Source: an uncultured Ruminococcus sp. (GTDB lineage: Bacteria > Bacillota > Clostridia > Oscillospirales > Acutalibacteraceae). From it: DNA of 51,118 nt. Every line of letters begins with the position of its first letter. Position 1 is the stretch's first letter. Of the stretch, positions 28,337-37,904 are shown piece after piece. The DNA lies in NCBI GenBank assembly GCA_902779225.1, contig CACZAW010000001.1, positions 1 to 51,118 on the forward strand, written 5' to 3'. The notes under the pieces are model-generated. The model made no database searches. It was not told the DNA's origin and saw only the letters and a program-made list of their open reading frames with translations. Position numbers and translations under genes: made by a program.

Positions 28337-30046
28337 ATGCAAACTTTTTTAGACGCTAATCGAAAACGAAAGGTTTTAGCGGTCGATGACGAGATCATCA
28401 ATCTGGAGATCATCAGCGAGATCCTCGCGAACAGCTATGAGGTCGTTTTTGCCTATAACGGAAAAGAGGCGATGGATCTGCTGTCCGATCCCGAGGCGGA
28501 TTATTCGCTGGTATTGCTGGATCTGATGATGCCGGTAATGGACGGCTTTGAGGTCATCCGCCTTATGCGAGCGGACGTCCGCCTGCGCAAATTTCCTATC
28601 ATCGTGATGACCTCCGACAAAGCCGCAGAGGTCAGGAGCCTCAGGATGGGAGCCGCCGACTTCATCACCAAGCCGTACGATATGCCCGAGGTCGTCCTCG
28701 CGCGCTGTCAGGCGATCATCGAGCTGAGCGAAGACCGCAGCATCATCCGTTCAACGGAACGGGATCCGCTGACGGGCTTGTACTCCAAGGATTACTTTTT
28801 TGTATATATCCGCCGTTTTCTCCCGCAGCTGACCGGCGACATGGACGCGCTGGTGCTTGATTTTGACCGCTTCAATATCGTCAACGAGCTGCTCGGCCGC
28901 GAGGAAGGCAACCGCATCCTGAAACAGACCGCGGAGCTGATCAATACGATCATCCTGCAGTCGCGCGGTATCGCCTGCCGCACCGACGGCGACATATTCT
29001 ACGTCTACTGCGAGCGCAGAGAGGATTACGAATCGTGCATCAAAGAGATACAGGACACCCTTAATCGGGAGAGTCCGTCACATTCGCTGCGCCTGCGCGC
29101 CGGACTGTATCAGCCTGCGACCGGGGACAGAGTTCCCGAAGCGTGGTTTGACCGTGCAAAAACCGCCTGCGACCGCCTGCGCGACCGCTACAACCACTGT
29201 GTCGGATACTACAGCCGCGAGCTGTATGAGCGGTTCATCTATGAAGAAAAGCTGATCGCCGATATCGACGAGGCGATCGCGCAGCATCAGCTGCTCGTTT
29301 ACTATCAGCCGAAGTACGATATCCGCGGGGATAAGCCCGTGCTCACGAGCGCCGAGGCGCTGGTGCGCTGGGATCACACCGAGCTGGGATTTATCAGCCC
29401 CGGCGATTTTATCCCCCTGTTCGAGAGCAACGGTCTGATCCGCAAGATCGACCGCTTTGTCTGGCGGGAGTCGGCGGCGCAGATCCGTCGGATCAAGGAT
29501 ATCTACCATGTGAATCTTCCCGTCTCGGTCAACGTCTCGCGCATCAATTTCTTTGATCCAGAACTGGAGGATGTGCTGCTGTCCGTCATCCGCGATTATG
29601 ATCTGCAGCCGCGGGAGCTGATCCTGGAGATCACCGAGTCGGCTTATGCAAACGACGAGGCGCATATCGACGAGGTGATCGCCGATCTGCGCAGCAAAGG
29701 CTTTCGCATCGGTATGGATGACTTCGGTACCGGCTACTCCTCCCTGAATATGCTGACGGAGATGCCGATCGACATCCTCAAGCTCGATATGAAATTCATA
29801 CGCAATATGCTCGTCGATGAAAAGAGCCGCAAGCTCATTGAGCTGGTGCTGGATATCGCGCGTTTTCTCAACGTCCCGGTCGTCGCCGAAGGCGTCGAGG
29901 AGGAGCCCCAGTATCTGATGCTCAAGGAGATGGGCTTGGATATCATCCAAGGGTACTACTTCTCTGCTCCGCTCCCTGCAGATGAATTTGAACGACTGAT
30001 CGAAAAATCAATCGACAGCGATACAATCAATCAGGGTATCATTTGA
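28337..30046 (+). CDS. REC - degenerate GGDEF - EAL c-di-GMP phosphodiesterase
   Basis: Receiver (VDD, LLDLMMP, ITKP); GGDEF replaced by DGDIF; EAL intact (AEAL, VNVS, EITES, DDFGTGYSS, KLD, AEGVE, QGYY). The start at ATG 28337 follows GGAG; 28310 is the alternative. Confidence 0.9.
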   Translation: MQTFLDANRKRKVLAVDDEIINLEIISEILANSYEVVFAYNGKEAMDLLSDPEADYSLVLLDLMMPVMDGFEVIRLMRADVRLRKFPIIVMTSDKAAEVRSLRMGAADFITKPYDMPEVVLARCQAIIELSEDRSIIRSTERDPLTGLYSKDYFFVYIRRFLPQLTGDMDALVLDFDRFNIVNELLGREEGNRILKQTAELINTIILQSRGIACRTDGDIFYVYCERREDYESCIKEIQDTLNRESPSHSLRLRAGLYQPATGDRVPEAWFDRAKTACDRLRDRYNHCVGYYSRELYERFIYEEKLIADIDEAIAQHQLLVYYQPKYDIRGDKPVLTSAEALVRWDHTELGFISPGDFIPLFESNGLIRKIDRFVWRESAAQIRRIKDIYHVNLPVSVNVSRINFFDPELEDVLLSVIRDYDLQPRELILEITESAYANDEAHIDEVIADLRSKGFRIGMDDFGTGYSSLNMLTEMPIDILKLDMKFIRNMLVDEKSRKLIELVLDIARFLNVPVVAEGVEEEPQYLMLKEMGLDIIQGYYFSAPLPADEFERLIEKSIDSDTINQGII

Positions 30047-30072
30047 CATCCTGTTTTTATCGGAGGCATATC

Positions 30073-32190
30073 ATGTCTGATCTCATACAAAACCGAAAAC
30101 GTTCTTGGTTGTCCCTGTTGGCGCTTGTTGCCGTCTGTGTTCTGCTGAACTTCCTCGGTGCAAAGGTGAACGGTCTGCTGGGGCTGCCCTTCTTCATCGA
30201 TAACATCGGCACGCTTCTGGCGGCGCTGCTCGGCGGCTACATCCCCTGTATCACCGTCGGCTTCCTTTCCAATATTTTTAACGCCATAGCGAGCCCAGAT
30301 TCCATCTACTACTGTGTCATCAGTGTGTTTATCGCGACGGCTGCGGCGCTGTTTGCCGAAAAGCTGCGCCGCGTACGCATCCCGTATATCCTCCTTGCGG
30401 CGGTGACCTTTGCCTTTCTCGGCGGCGTCGTCGGCGGAATGCTGACATGGTTGATCTACGGCATGAGCTTCGGCGAGGGTGTCGCCGTGGATCTCGCCGC
30501 CTCGATCGACAGCGCTGTTCCGCTCGGCTATCTGCCGTCCAACCTCATATCATGCTTTGTGATCGACCTTGCCGACAAGCTGATCGTCACGGTGATCGCG
30601 CTGATCATTTACAAATTGCTTCCCAAAAAACTGATCGGTTACACAAAAACGATGGAATGGTACGAAATCAAAGTCTTCGGCGGCAGCGAGCGAAAGATCC
30701 GCGGACGCTTCCCTCTGCGCATCAGGATGACGCTGCTGGTCGGCGTCTCGACCGCGCTCGTCGCTGCAGCTGCGGTCGGAACCTCCGTCATCCAGTATCA
30801 CCATTCCGCCGTAGAGGAATATACCAAGCAGGCGAATTATGCCGCTAACGTTATCGCTACACATATCAACCCCGACAGTATGGAAAGCTGTATACGGGAA
30901 GGCGTGCGGGCGAAGGATTATCAAAATATCAAAGACCTGATGCTCACCGTCAGGGACGCGTCGCCCGAAATAGAATTCGTCTATATCTATCGGGTGGAGA
31001 AGGACGGCACCCACGTTATCTTTGATCTGGATACCGAAGAGGTCGCCGCAGATCTTCCGGGCAACGTCATCGAGTATGACAATACCATCAAAAAATACGC
31101 TGATCAATTCCTGGCGGGCGAGGACATCCCCGCCGACATCACCGATGACGAGGACGGCTGGCTGCTTTCGGCATATGAGCCGATCCGATCGACCTCGGGC
31201 GAGGTGCTGTGCCATGTCGGCGTCGATCTGTCCATGAACCATCTGCGCTCGGATGAGATCGCTTTTCTCGCCAAGGTCATCGCGCTGTTCATCGGCTTTT
31301 TGATCGTGATCCGCACCTACACGGTATGGATGGCGGAGCGCCATATCATCCGTCCCATCAACACGATCGCCGACGCCGCCAACCACTTTACCTACGATAC
31401 GCCGCAGGCGCGCGAGGACAGCATGGCGATGATAGAGGGGCTGAATATCCGTACGGGCGACGAGATCGAATATCTGTATGACGCCTATAAACAGACGACC
31501 GCCGATACGGTGCTGTATATCGACGAGGTTCAGAAAAAGAGAGAACAGGTCGTCCGCCTGCAAAACGGACTGATCCTGGTTCTTGCCGATATCGTTGAAA
31601 GCCGCGATAAATGCACCGGCGACCATGTCCGCAAAACGGCGGCTTACTGCGAGATCATCCTGCGTCAAATGCAAAAGGACGGCATCTATGCCGATCAGCT
31701 TGACGAAGATTTTATCAACGAGGTCGTCAACTCCGCGCCTCTGCACGACGTCGGTAAGATCACGGTGTCCGACGTCATCCTCAACAAACCCGACAGGCTG
31801 ACCGACGAAGAGTTCAAGGCCATGCAGAACCATACCCGCGCCGGCGGTGAGATCATCGACAAGGCGATCGCCTTAGTCGGCGAAGAATCCGATTATCTGA
31901 CCGAGGCGAAGAATCTCGCCTTCTATCATCACGAAAAATGGAACGGCAAAGGCTATCCCACCGGCATCGCGGCTGAAGAGATCCCTCTGTCCGCCCGCGT
32001 GATGGCGGTAGCCGACGTCTTTGACGCGCTGGTGTCAAGGCGCAGCTATAAGGAGCCGTTCTCCGTCGAGCAGGCGATGGAGATCATCCGCAAGGACGCC
32101 GGAACGCATTTCGATCCGCTGATCGTCGAAGCCTTCTTTAACGCGGAGGATGAGATCAGACGCGTCCAGAAGCTCAATCTGGAATTGTAA
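30073..32190 (+). CDS. Membrane HD-GYP phosphodiesterase with an ECF S-component-like N-terminus, extracellular sensor and HAMP
   Basis: LGLPFFIDNIGTLLAALLGG...GFLSN N-terminus; ESRD..TGDH, LHDVGK, HHEKWNGKGYP and ADVFDAL intact; GGAGG RBS before ATG 30073. Confidence 0.85.
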   Translation: MSDLIQNRKRSWLSLLALVAVCVLLNFLGAKVNGLLGLPFFIDNIGTLLAALLGGYIPCITVGFLSNIFNAIASPDSIYYCVISVFIATAAALFAEKLRRVRIPYILLAAVTFAFLGGVVGGMLTWLIYGMSFGEGVAVDLAASIDSAVPLGYLPSNLISCFVIDLADKLIVTVIALIIYKLLPKKLIGYTKTMEWYEIKVFGGSERKIRGRFPLRIRMTLLVGVSTALVAAAAVGTSVIQYHHSAVEEYTKQANYAANVIATHINPDSMESCIREGVRAKDYQNIKDLMLTVRDASPEIEFVYIYRVEKDGTHVIFDLDTEEVAADLPGNVIEYDNTIKKYADQFLAGEDIPADITDDEDGWLLSAYEPIRSTSGEVLCHVGVDLSMNHLRSDEIAFLAKVIALFIGFLIVIRTYTVWMAERHIIRPINTIADAANHFTYDTPQAREDSMAMIEGLNIRTGDEIEYLYDAYKQTTADTVLYIDEVQKKREQVVRLQNGLILVLADIVESRDKCTGDHVRKTAAYCEIILRQMQKDGIYADQLDEDFINEVVNSAPLHDVGKITVSDVILNKPDRLTDEEFKAMQNHTRAGGEIIDKAIALVGEESDYLTEAKNLAFYHHEKWNGKGYPTGIAAEEIPLSARVMAVADVFDALVSRRSYKEPFSVEQAMEIIRKDAGTHFDPLIVEAFFNAEDEIRRVQKLNLEL

Positions 32191-32228
32191 CAAAATCCTT
32201 GATCCTAACCTGTTTTATCTCACATACC

Positions 32229-32260
32229 GAAGAAGCTGCCTGACCGGCGGCTTCTTTTTT
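32229..32260 (+). terminator. Rho-independent terminator
   Basis: AGAAGCTGCC-TGACC-GGCGGCTTCT followed by a T-run. Confidence 0.8.
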
Positions 32261-32352
32261 GTCGTCGGGGTCGGCGATAAATTTCAAAAAACAGTGGCGG
32301 AATCCTTTTCTTTCTGGTATGATAGAGAAAGACTTAAGAAAAGAGGTGCGTC

Positions 32353-33048
32353 ATGGGTATTTCCGTAAAGCGGAGGACAGCTTCGCTGATCCTCAAATGT
32401 ATCGTGATCCTCGCAGCCGCGATCGGCACCTATCTCAGCGCGGTCGGCGGATCGCGCGGCTTCATGATCGGGAGCAAGGCGTTCATGTACTTCACCATCC
32501 AGTCCAATATCCTCATCGCCCTGATCTGCGCCGTCGGCGCTGTGCTGCTGCTCCGAAAAACCAAGGTGAAGGATCGGTGGTATACGGTTAAGTTTGTCGG
32601 CACGGTCTCCATTACGCTGACCGGCGCGGTATTCACCTTTGTGCTGGCGCCCACGCTGGGTGATTTCGCGTGGCAAATCCAGAATATCCTGACCCATCTG
32701 GTCGTGCCCGTCGCGGCGATCGCAGACTTCTTTGTCACAGGCATATGCGGAAGCATCCCGAAAAAACACGTTTTCTTTGTGGAGGTGCCGCCGCTCGCCT
32801 ATGTGCTTTATGCCGCCGTATGCTATGCGGCAGGGTGGACCTTTGCCGACGGAAAAACGTATCCCTATTTCTTCTTGAACTGGGGCAGCCCCGCCGGGGC
32901 GTTCGGCTTCAGCGGTGAATTTCCTTTTATCGGCTGTGTATGGTGGATCCTCATCATGGGTGCGGCGATCCTCGGCGTCGGCAAGATCTATCTGCTGATC
33001 CTCGACCGCATGAAACGAAAGTCAAATAAAGCAGGTGATCAACGATGA
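32353..33048 (+). CDS. Pr6Pr/FAR-17a-like integral membrane protein
   Basis: YFTIQSN, THLVVP and YPYFFL motifs; about 6 TM. Confidence 0.75.
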   Translation: MGISVKRRTASLILKCIVILAAAIGTYLSAVGGSRGFMIGSKAFMYFTIQSNILIALICAVGAVLLLRKTKVKDRWYTVKFVGTVSITLTGAVFTFVLAPTLGDFAWQIQNILTHLVVPVAAIADFFVTGICGSIPKKHVFFVEVPPLAYVLYAAVCYAAGWTFADGKTYPYFFLNWGSPAGAFGFSGEFPFIGCVWWILIMGAAILGVGKIYLLILDRMKRKSNKAGDQR

Positions 33049-33485
33049 CGAACATAACCGTACTGCGCGCCGAGGCTGAGTGGCAGCGTGCCGGCGCCTA
33101 TTCCGTAAGGATACAGGGGATGAACCGTCAGCACCATATCTCTTTGCGGGATGAGTTCGACGAGCACGACGGCGAGGGCACCAAATATATCGTCCTTCTG
33201 GATGACGAATACCCGGTCGCGACCTGTCGGTTTTATGAGCTGGATACTCACACAGTGATGCTCGGCAGGGTCGTCGTCCTGCCCGAATATCGCGGACTGC
33301 ACTTAGGCGCCCGCGTGATACGCGAAGCGGAAATATGGATCAAAGAGCGCGGCTATACCGAGATCCGGATCGACAGCCGGATCGAAGCCGTCGGCTTTTA
33401 TGCAAAGCAAGGCTATCGGCGCATGGATAACGAAACCGTCAAAAGCTGGACGTTTGACTGCGCGAGGATGCACAAGCAGCTCTAA
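33045..33485 (+). CDS. GNAT acetyltransferase (ElaA/YjcF-like)
   Basis: GRVVVLPEYRGLHLG acetyl-CoA motif, AVGFY.K.GY. Confidence 0.85.
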   Translation: MTNITVLRAEAEWQRAGAYSVRIQGMNRQHHISLRDEFDEHDGEGTKYIVLLDDEYPVATCRFYELDTHTVMLGRVVVLPEYRGLHLGARVIREAEIWIKERGYTEIRIDSRIEAVGFYAKQGYRRMDNETVKSWTFDCARMHKQL

Positions 33486-33538
33486 CTGAAATCAGGTAAA
33501 AAACGAAATCATCATTTTGTCAGATCATAAGGAGTCCT

Positions 33539-35689
33539 ATGAATTATTCAGCAACTTTATCACAGTTATTCAACATCAAAGAGGAGTACGCACAGAACAT
33601 CATCACCCTGCTCGACGACGGCAACACCATCCCGTTTATTGCCCGTTACCGCAAGGAGATGCACGGCTCGATGGACGACCAGCTGATTCGCGAATTCAGC
33701 GAAAAGCTGGAATATCTGCGCGGACTGGACAAGCGCAGAGAAGAGATCCGCGAGCTGATCGACGGTCAGGAAAAGCTGACCGATGAGATCAACGCGGCGC
33801 TCGACAAGGCACAGACGCTCAGCGAGCTGGAGGATATCTACCGCCCGTACAGACCCAAGCGCAAAACAAGAGCCTCGGTCGCAAAGCAGCGCGGGCTTGA
33901 GCCTCTCGCGATGGAGATCATCAAGCAGGAAAAGGGCTTTGATCCCATGAAATACGCGGAACAGTTTGTCAGCGAGGAAAAGGAGGTTCCGACCGCGCAG
34001 GACGCGATCAACGGCGCGATGGATATCATCGCCGAAATGCTCTCCGACAGCGCGGCGATCCGCAAGCATCTGCGCCCGATCTTCAAGAGCAGCGGTATGC
34101 TGCGCTCTGTTGCCGCTGACGCCGATCAGGACAGCGTCTATACCAACTACTACGACTATTCGGAGCCGATCAAAAAGATCGCAGGACACCGTATTCTTGC
34201 CGTGAACCGCGGCGAGAAAGAGGGCTTTTTGAAGGTCGGCGTCGTGCTTGACAGCAATCAACCCCTGAGCGTTATCAACCGCGCGCTCGACAAGGGGACG
34301 AATCCCCTCTGCTCCGATATTCTGCGTGCGGCGGGCGAGGACGCTTACACAAGGCTGATCTTTCCGTCTATCGAGCGCGAGATCCGCGCCGAGATGACCG
34401 AGACTGCCTGTGAAAACGCGATGAAGGTTTTTGCCGTCAACCTCAAACAGCTTTTGATGCAGCCGCCGGTCAAGGGCAAAACCGTCCTCGGGCTCGACCC
34501 CGGTTACCGCACGGGCTGCAAGGTCGCTGTCGTCGACGATACCGGCAAGGTGCTAGACACGGCGGTGATCTACCCCACTCACTCCGAGCAGAAGATCGCC
34601 CAATCAAAGCGCAAGCTGCTCGAGCTGATCAAAAAGCATAACGTCGACATCATCTCGATCGGCAACGGCACCGCCAGCAAAGAGACCGAGATGTTCGCCG
34701 CCGACGCGATCAAGGAAGCGGATCACACCGTTTATTATATGGTCGTCAGCGAAGCGGGCGCATCGGTCTATTCCGCGTCAAAGCTCGCCGCTTCCGAGCT
34801 GCCCGAGCTTGACTTGACGCTCAGAAGCGCGGTATCCATCGCGCGCCGTCTGCAGGATCCGCTTGCGGAGCTGGTCAAGATCGAGCCCAAGGCGATCGGC
34901 GTCGGACAGTACCAGCACGATATGCCGCAAAAGCGGCTGGGAGAGACGCTCGACGGCGTGGTCGAGGACTGCGTCAACTCCGTCGGAGCAGATCTGAACA
35001 CCGCCTCCCCCGCCCTGCTGCTGCGGGTATCGGGACTGAATGCGACCGTATGCAAAAATATCGTGGCGTATCGCGAAGAAAACGGCGCTTTTTCCTCACG
35101 CGCGGAGCTCAAAAAGGTACCGAAGCTGGGTCCGAAAGCCTTTGAACAGTGCGCAGGCTTTTTGCGCGTACCCGAAAGCCGCAACCCGCTCGACAATACT
35201 GGCGTCCATCCCGAGAGCTACGCCCCGGCTAAGGAGCTGCTCAAGCTCGCCGGCTATACCGACGCAGAGATCAAGTCGGCAAAGCTATCCGATCTTCCCG
35301 CAAGGGTCAAGGCGCTCGGCACAAAAAGCCTTGCCGAACAGCTCGATATCGGTCTGCCGACACTCAACGATATGGTCAAGGAGCTCTCGAAACCCGGACG
35401 CGACCCGCGCGACGAAATGCCCAAGCCGATGCTGCGCTCGGATGTGCTCGATATCAACGATCTGAAGGAAGGCATGGAGCTGACCGGCACGGTGCGCAAC
35501 GTCATCGACTTCGGCGCGTTTGTCGATATCGGCGTCCATCAGGACGGACTGGTGCATATCTCCCAGATCTGCAACAAATACATCAAGCATCCGTCAGAGG
35601 TATTGAAGGTCGGCGATATCGTCAAGGTAAAGATCCTTTCGGTAGACGTCAAGAAAAAACGCATCTCACTGACCATGCGCGACGTATAA
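33539..35689 (+). CDS. tex: Tex-family RNA-binding transcriptional accessory protein
   Basis: GNTIPFIARYRKE, GLDPGYRTGCK, IGNGTASKET, RRLQDPLAELVKI and a C-terminal S1 domain. Confidence 0.95.
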   Translation: MNYSATLSQLFNIKEEYAQNIITLLDDGNTIPFIARYRKEMHGSMDDQLIREFSEKLEYLRGLDKRREEIRELIDGQEKLTDEINAALDKAQTLSELEDIYRPYRPKRKTRASVAKQRGLEPLAMEIIKQEKGFDPMKYAEQFVSEEKEVPTAQDAINGAMDIIAEMLSDSAAIRKHLRPIFKSSGMLRSVAADADQDSVYTNYYDYSEPIKKIAGHRILAVNRGEKEGFLKVGVVLDSNQPLSVINRALDKGTNPLCSDILRAAGEDAYTRLIFPSIEREIRAEMTETACENAMKVFAVNLKQLLMQPPVKGKTVLGLDPGYRTGCKVAVVDDTGKVLDTAVIYPTHSEQKIAQSKRKLLELIKKHNVDIISIGNGTASKETEMFAADAIKEADHTVYYMVVSEAGASVYSASKLAASELPELDLTLRSAVSIARRLQDPLAELVKIEPKAIGVGQYQHDMPQKRLGETLDGVVEDCVNSVGADLNTASPALLLRVSGLNATVCKNIVAYREENGAFSSRAELKKVPKLGPKAFEQCAGFLRVPESRNPLDNTGVHPESYAPAKELLKLAGYTDAEIKSAKLSDLPARVKALGTKSLAEQLDIGLPTLNDMVKELSKPGRDPRDEMPKPMLRSDVLDINDLKEGMELTGTVRNVIDFGAFVDIGVHQDGLVHISQICNKYIKHPSEVLKVGDIVKVKILSVDVKKKRISLTMRDV

Positions 35690-35860
35690 CAAATGTTTAT
35701 CTATGCTGCCGTCGGAATACCCGCCGGCAGTTATTGTTACCGATAAAATACACATTTGACTGCCGACACGATGCGTGTCATCGATGTGACGGGGCGATCC
35801 TTTTCTTTTTTGCGTCGATATGTTACTTTCAAAGCAAAGGATTTGAAAGGACAGAGTTGC

Positions 35861-36535
35861 ATGAAAGATAATACTCGAGGCGCACTTTTCTCCGGCGTCA
35901 TATCGCTGCTCGCGTTCACGGTATGGACGATCCTGATCCAAACGGTCGATGTGCAGGCTGTCGGTCCGAGGGGCTCAGAGGTCGGCTTTGCCGCGTTCAA
36001 CGTGTGGTTCCATCAGCTGACCGGCGTTCACATGACGCTCTACACCGTTACCGACTGGCTCGGTCTGGTACCGATCTTCATCTGTATATGCTTCGGTATA
36101 CTCGGACTGATCCAGCTGATACGCCGCAAAAGCCTGCTGAAGGTCGATCCCGACATCATCCTGCTGGGCGTCTATTACATACTGGTCATCGCTTGTTATC
36201 TCCTGTTTGAGATGATCCCGATCAACTATCGGCCGATCCTGATCGACGGCTTTTTGGAGGCGTCCTATCCATCGTCGACAACGCTGCTGGTGCTGAGCGT
36301 GACGCCGACATTGGTTTTTCAGTCGCGCCGCCGCGCCCGCTCGGGAGCCGTAAAAACAGCGACGTTGATATTTGCCGCCGTGTTCTCGGCGTTTATGGTG
36401 ATCGGCAGGCTGATCGCAGGCGTCCACTGGGTGACGGATATCATCGGCTCAGTGCTGCTGAGCGCAGGATTGTTTTCGCTGTATCTGACGGCGGTCACAT
36501 ATACCGATAAGAGGAAAAAATATGGAATTCAATGA
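35861..36535 (+). CDS. PAP2-family membrane phosphatase
   Basis: NYRP, SYPS and RLIAGVHWVTDI motifs; start moved to ATG 35861 after AAAGGA. Confidence 0.8.
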   Translation: MKDNTRGALFSGVISLLAFTVWTILIQTVDVQAVGPRGSEVGFAAFNVWFHQLTGVHMTLYTVTDWLGLVPIFICICFGILGLIQLIRRKSLLKVDPDIILLGVYYILVIACYLLFEMIPINYRPILIDGFLEASYPSSTTLLVLSVTPTLVFQSRRRARSGAVKTATLIFAAVFSAFMVIGRLIAGVHWVTDIIGSVLLSAGLFSLYLTAVTYTDKRKKYGIQ

Positions 36536-37130
36536 AAAATTGCAAAAACTGAGAAAAAGCAAAGGCTTGACGCAGGAGGAGCTCGCCGAGGCGATCTTTG
36601 TATCGCGGACAGCGGTCTCAAAATGGGAGTCCGGCAGAGGATACCCCAACATCGACTCGCTCAAAGAGCTGTCCCGCTACTTTTCCGTCACCATCGACGA
36701 GCTGATCTGTCCGGATGAGATCATCACCGCGGCGGAAAACGAAAAGCGCGCGCTGATCGGCAGCTACACCGCACTGTTATGCGGCGTGTTGGATATCTTT
36801 ACGGCGCTGCTGCTGTTTCTCCCCGTTTTCGGCAGCGGGGCGGATGCTCCGACCACGGCGTCGCTGTTCGAACTCACGCAGCCGCACCTGTGGATCCGGA
36901 TCGTCTATACCGTTGTGATCGGTCTGACGGTTCTCAACGGGATCTGCGGCGTAGTCATCAGCCGTCTGGATCGGCCGATCTGGAACAAGCATCGGCTGAT
37001 CACCGGAATCGCATTGTCAATCATCGGCTGTGTCGTTTTTATCGTCACCAGACAGCCGTATGCCGCGATCATTTACTTTGCGATCCTGCTCATCAAAGGA
37101 TTTTTGATCATCAAGAGAGGTAAATCATGA
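36522..37130 (+). CDS. XRE-family HTH regulator with C-terminal TM helices
   Basis: LRKSKGLTQEELAE..VSRTAVSKWESG..YP, then about 4 TM. Confidence 0.9.
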   Translation: MEFNEKLQKLRKSKGLTQEELAEAIFVSRTAVSKWESGRGYPNIDSLKELSRYFSVTIDELICPDEIITAAENEKRALIGSYTALLCGVLDIFTALLLFLPVFGSGADAPTTASLFELTQPHLWIRIVYTVVIGLTVLNGICGVVISRLDRPIWNKHRLITGIALSIIGCVVFIVTRQPYAAIIYFAILLIKGFLIIKRGKS

Positions 37131-37756
37131 AGCAAGAAAACTGTATCATTCGTTCAGAAGAGAAAAAGGATCATCGCGCGGTCGAGAACCTCATCCGCGA
37201 ATCCTTCTGGAATGTGTACCGTCCCGGCTGCAGCGAGCACTATGTCATCCATGTGCTGCGCGACGATCCCGCCTTTGTCAAAGAGCTGGATTTTGTGATG
37301 GAAAAGGACGGCGAACTGATCGGACAGAATATGTTTATGCGCACGGTCATCGACGCCGACGACGGCAGAACGATCCCGGTGCTGACGATGGGGCCGATCT
37401 GTATCACGCCCGACCTCAAGCGTCAGGGTTACGGCAAGCGGTTGCTCGACGCTTCGCTGCAAAAGGCGGCGCAATTAGGCTTCGGCGCGGTACTGTTCGA
37501 GGGCAATATCGCTTTCTACGGCAAGAGCGGCTTTGACTATGCCGCCAAATTCGGCATCCGCTACCACGATCTGCCCGAGGATGCGGACGCGTCCTTCTTC
37601 CTCTGCAAAGAGCTGATCCCCGGCTATCTGGACGGCGTCAGCGGCGTATACCAAACGCCGCAGGGTTATTACGTCGATGACGCGGATGTTGAGGCGTTCG
37701 ACCGTCAGTTTCCGTATAAAGAAAAACGCAAACTCCCGGGGCAGATTTTTGAATAA
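37127..37756 (+). CDS. GNAT N-acetyltransferase (YhbS-like)
   Basis: MGPICITPDLKRQGYG and EGNIAFYGKSGF motifs. Confidence 0.85.
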   Translation: MKQENCIIRSEEKKDHRAVENLIRESFWNVYRPGCSEHYVIHVLRDDPAFVKELDFVMEKDGELIGQNMFMRTVIDADDGRTIPVLTMGPICITPDLKRQGYGKRLLDASLQKAAQLGFGAVLFEGNIAFYGKSGFDYAAKFGIRYHDLPEDADASFFLCKELIPGYLDGVSGVYQTPQGYYVDDADVEAFDRQFPYKEKRKLPGQIFE

Positions 37757-37763
37757 GTTTATC

Positions 37764-37804
37764 AAGGTCAGGTGCGGACAAAACCGTTCCTGACCTTTTT
37801 GTTT
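37764..37804 (+). terminator. Rho-independent terminator
   Basis: AAGGTCAGG...CCTGACCTT followed by a T-run. Confidence 0.75.
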
Positions 37805-37904
37805 GCGCGATGATCTTCGGGTGCAAAAAATTCATGATTTGCTATAGAAATCCATGCCGATCTCTGGTATGATAACAGTAATAACATAATGCAGGGGTGA
37901 TATC

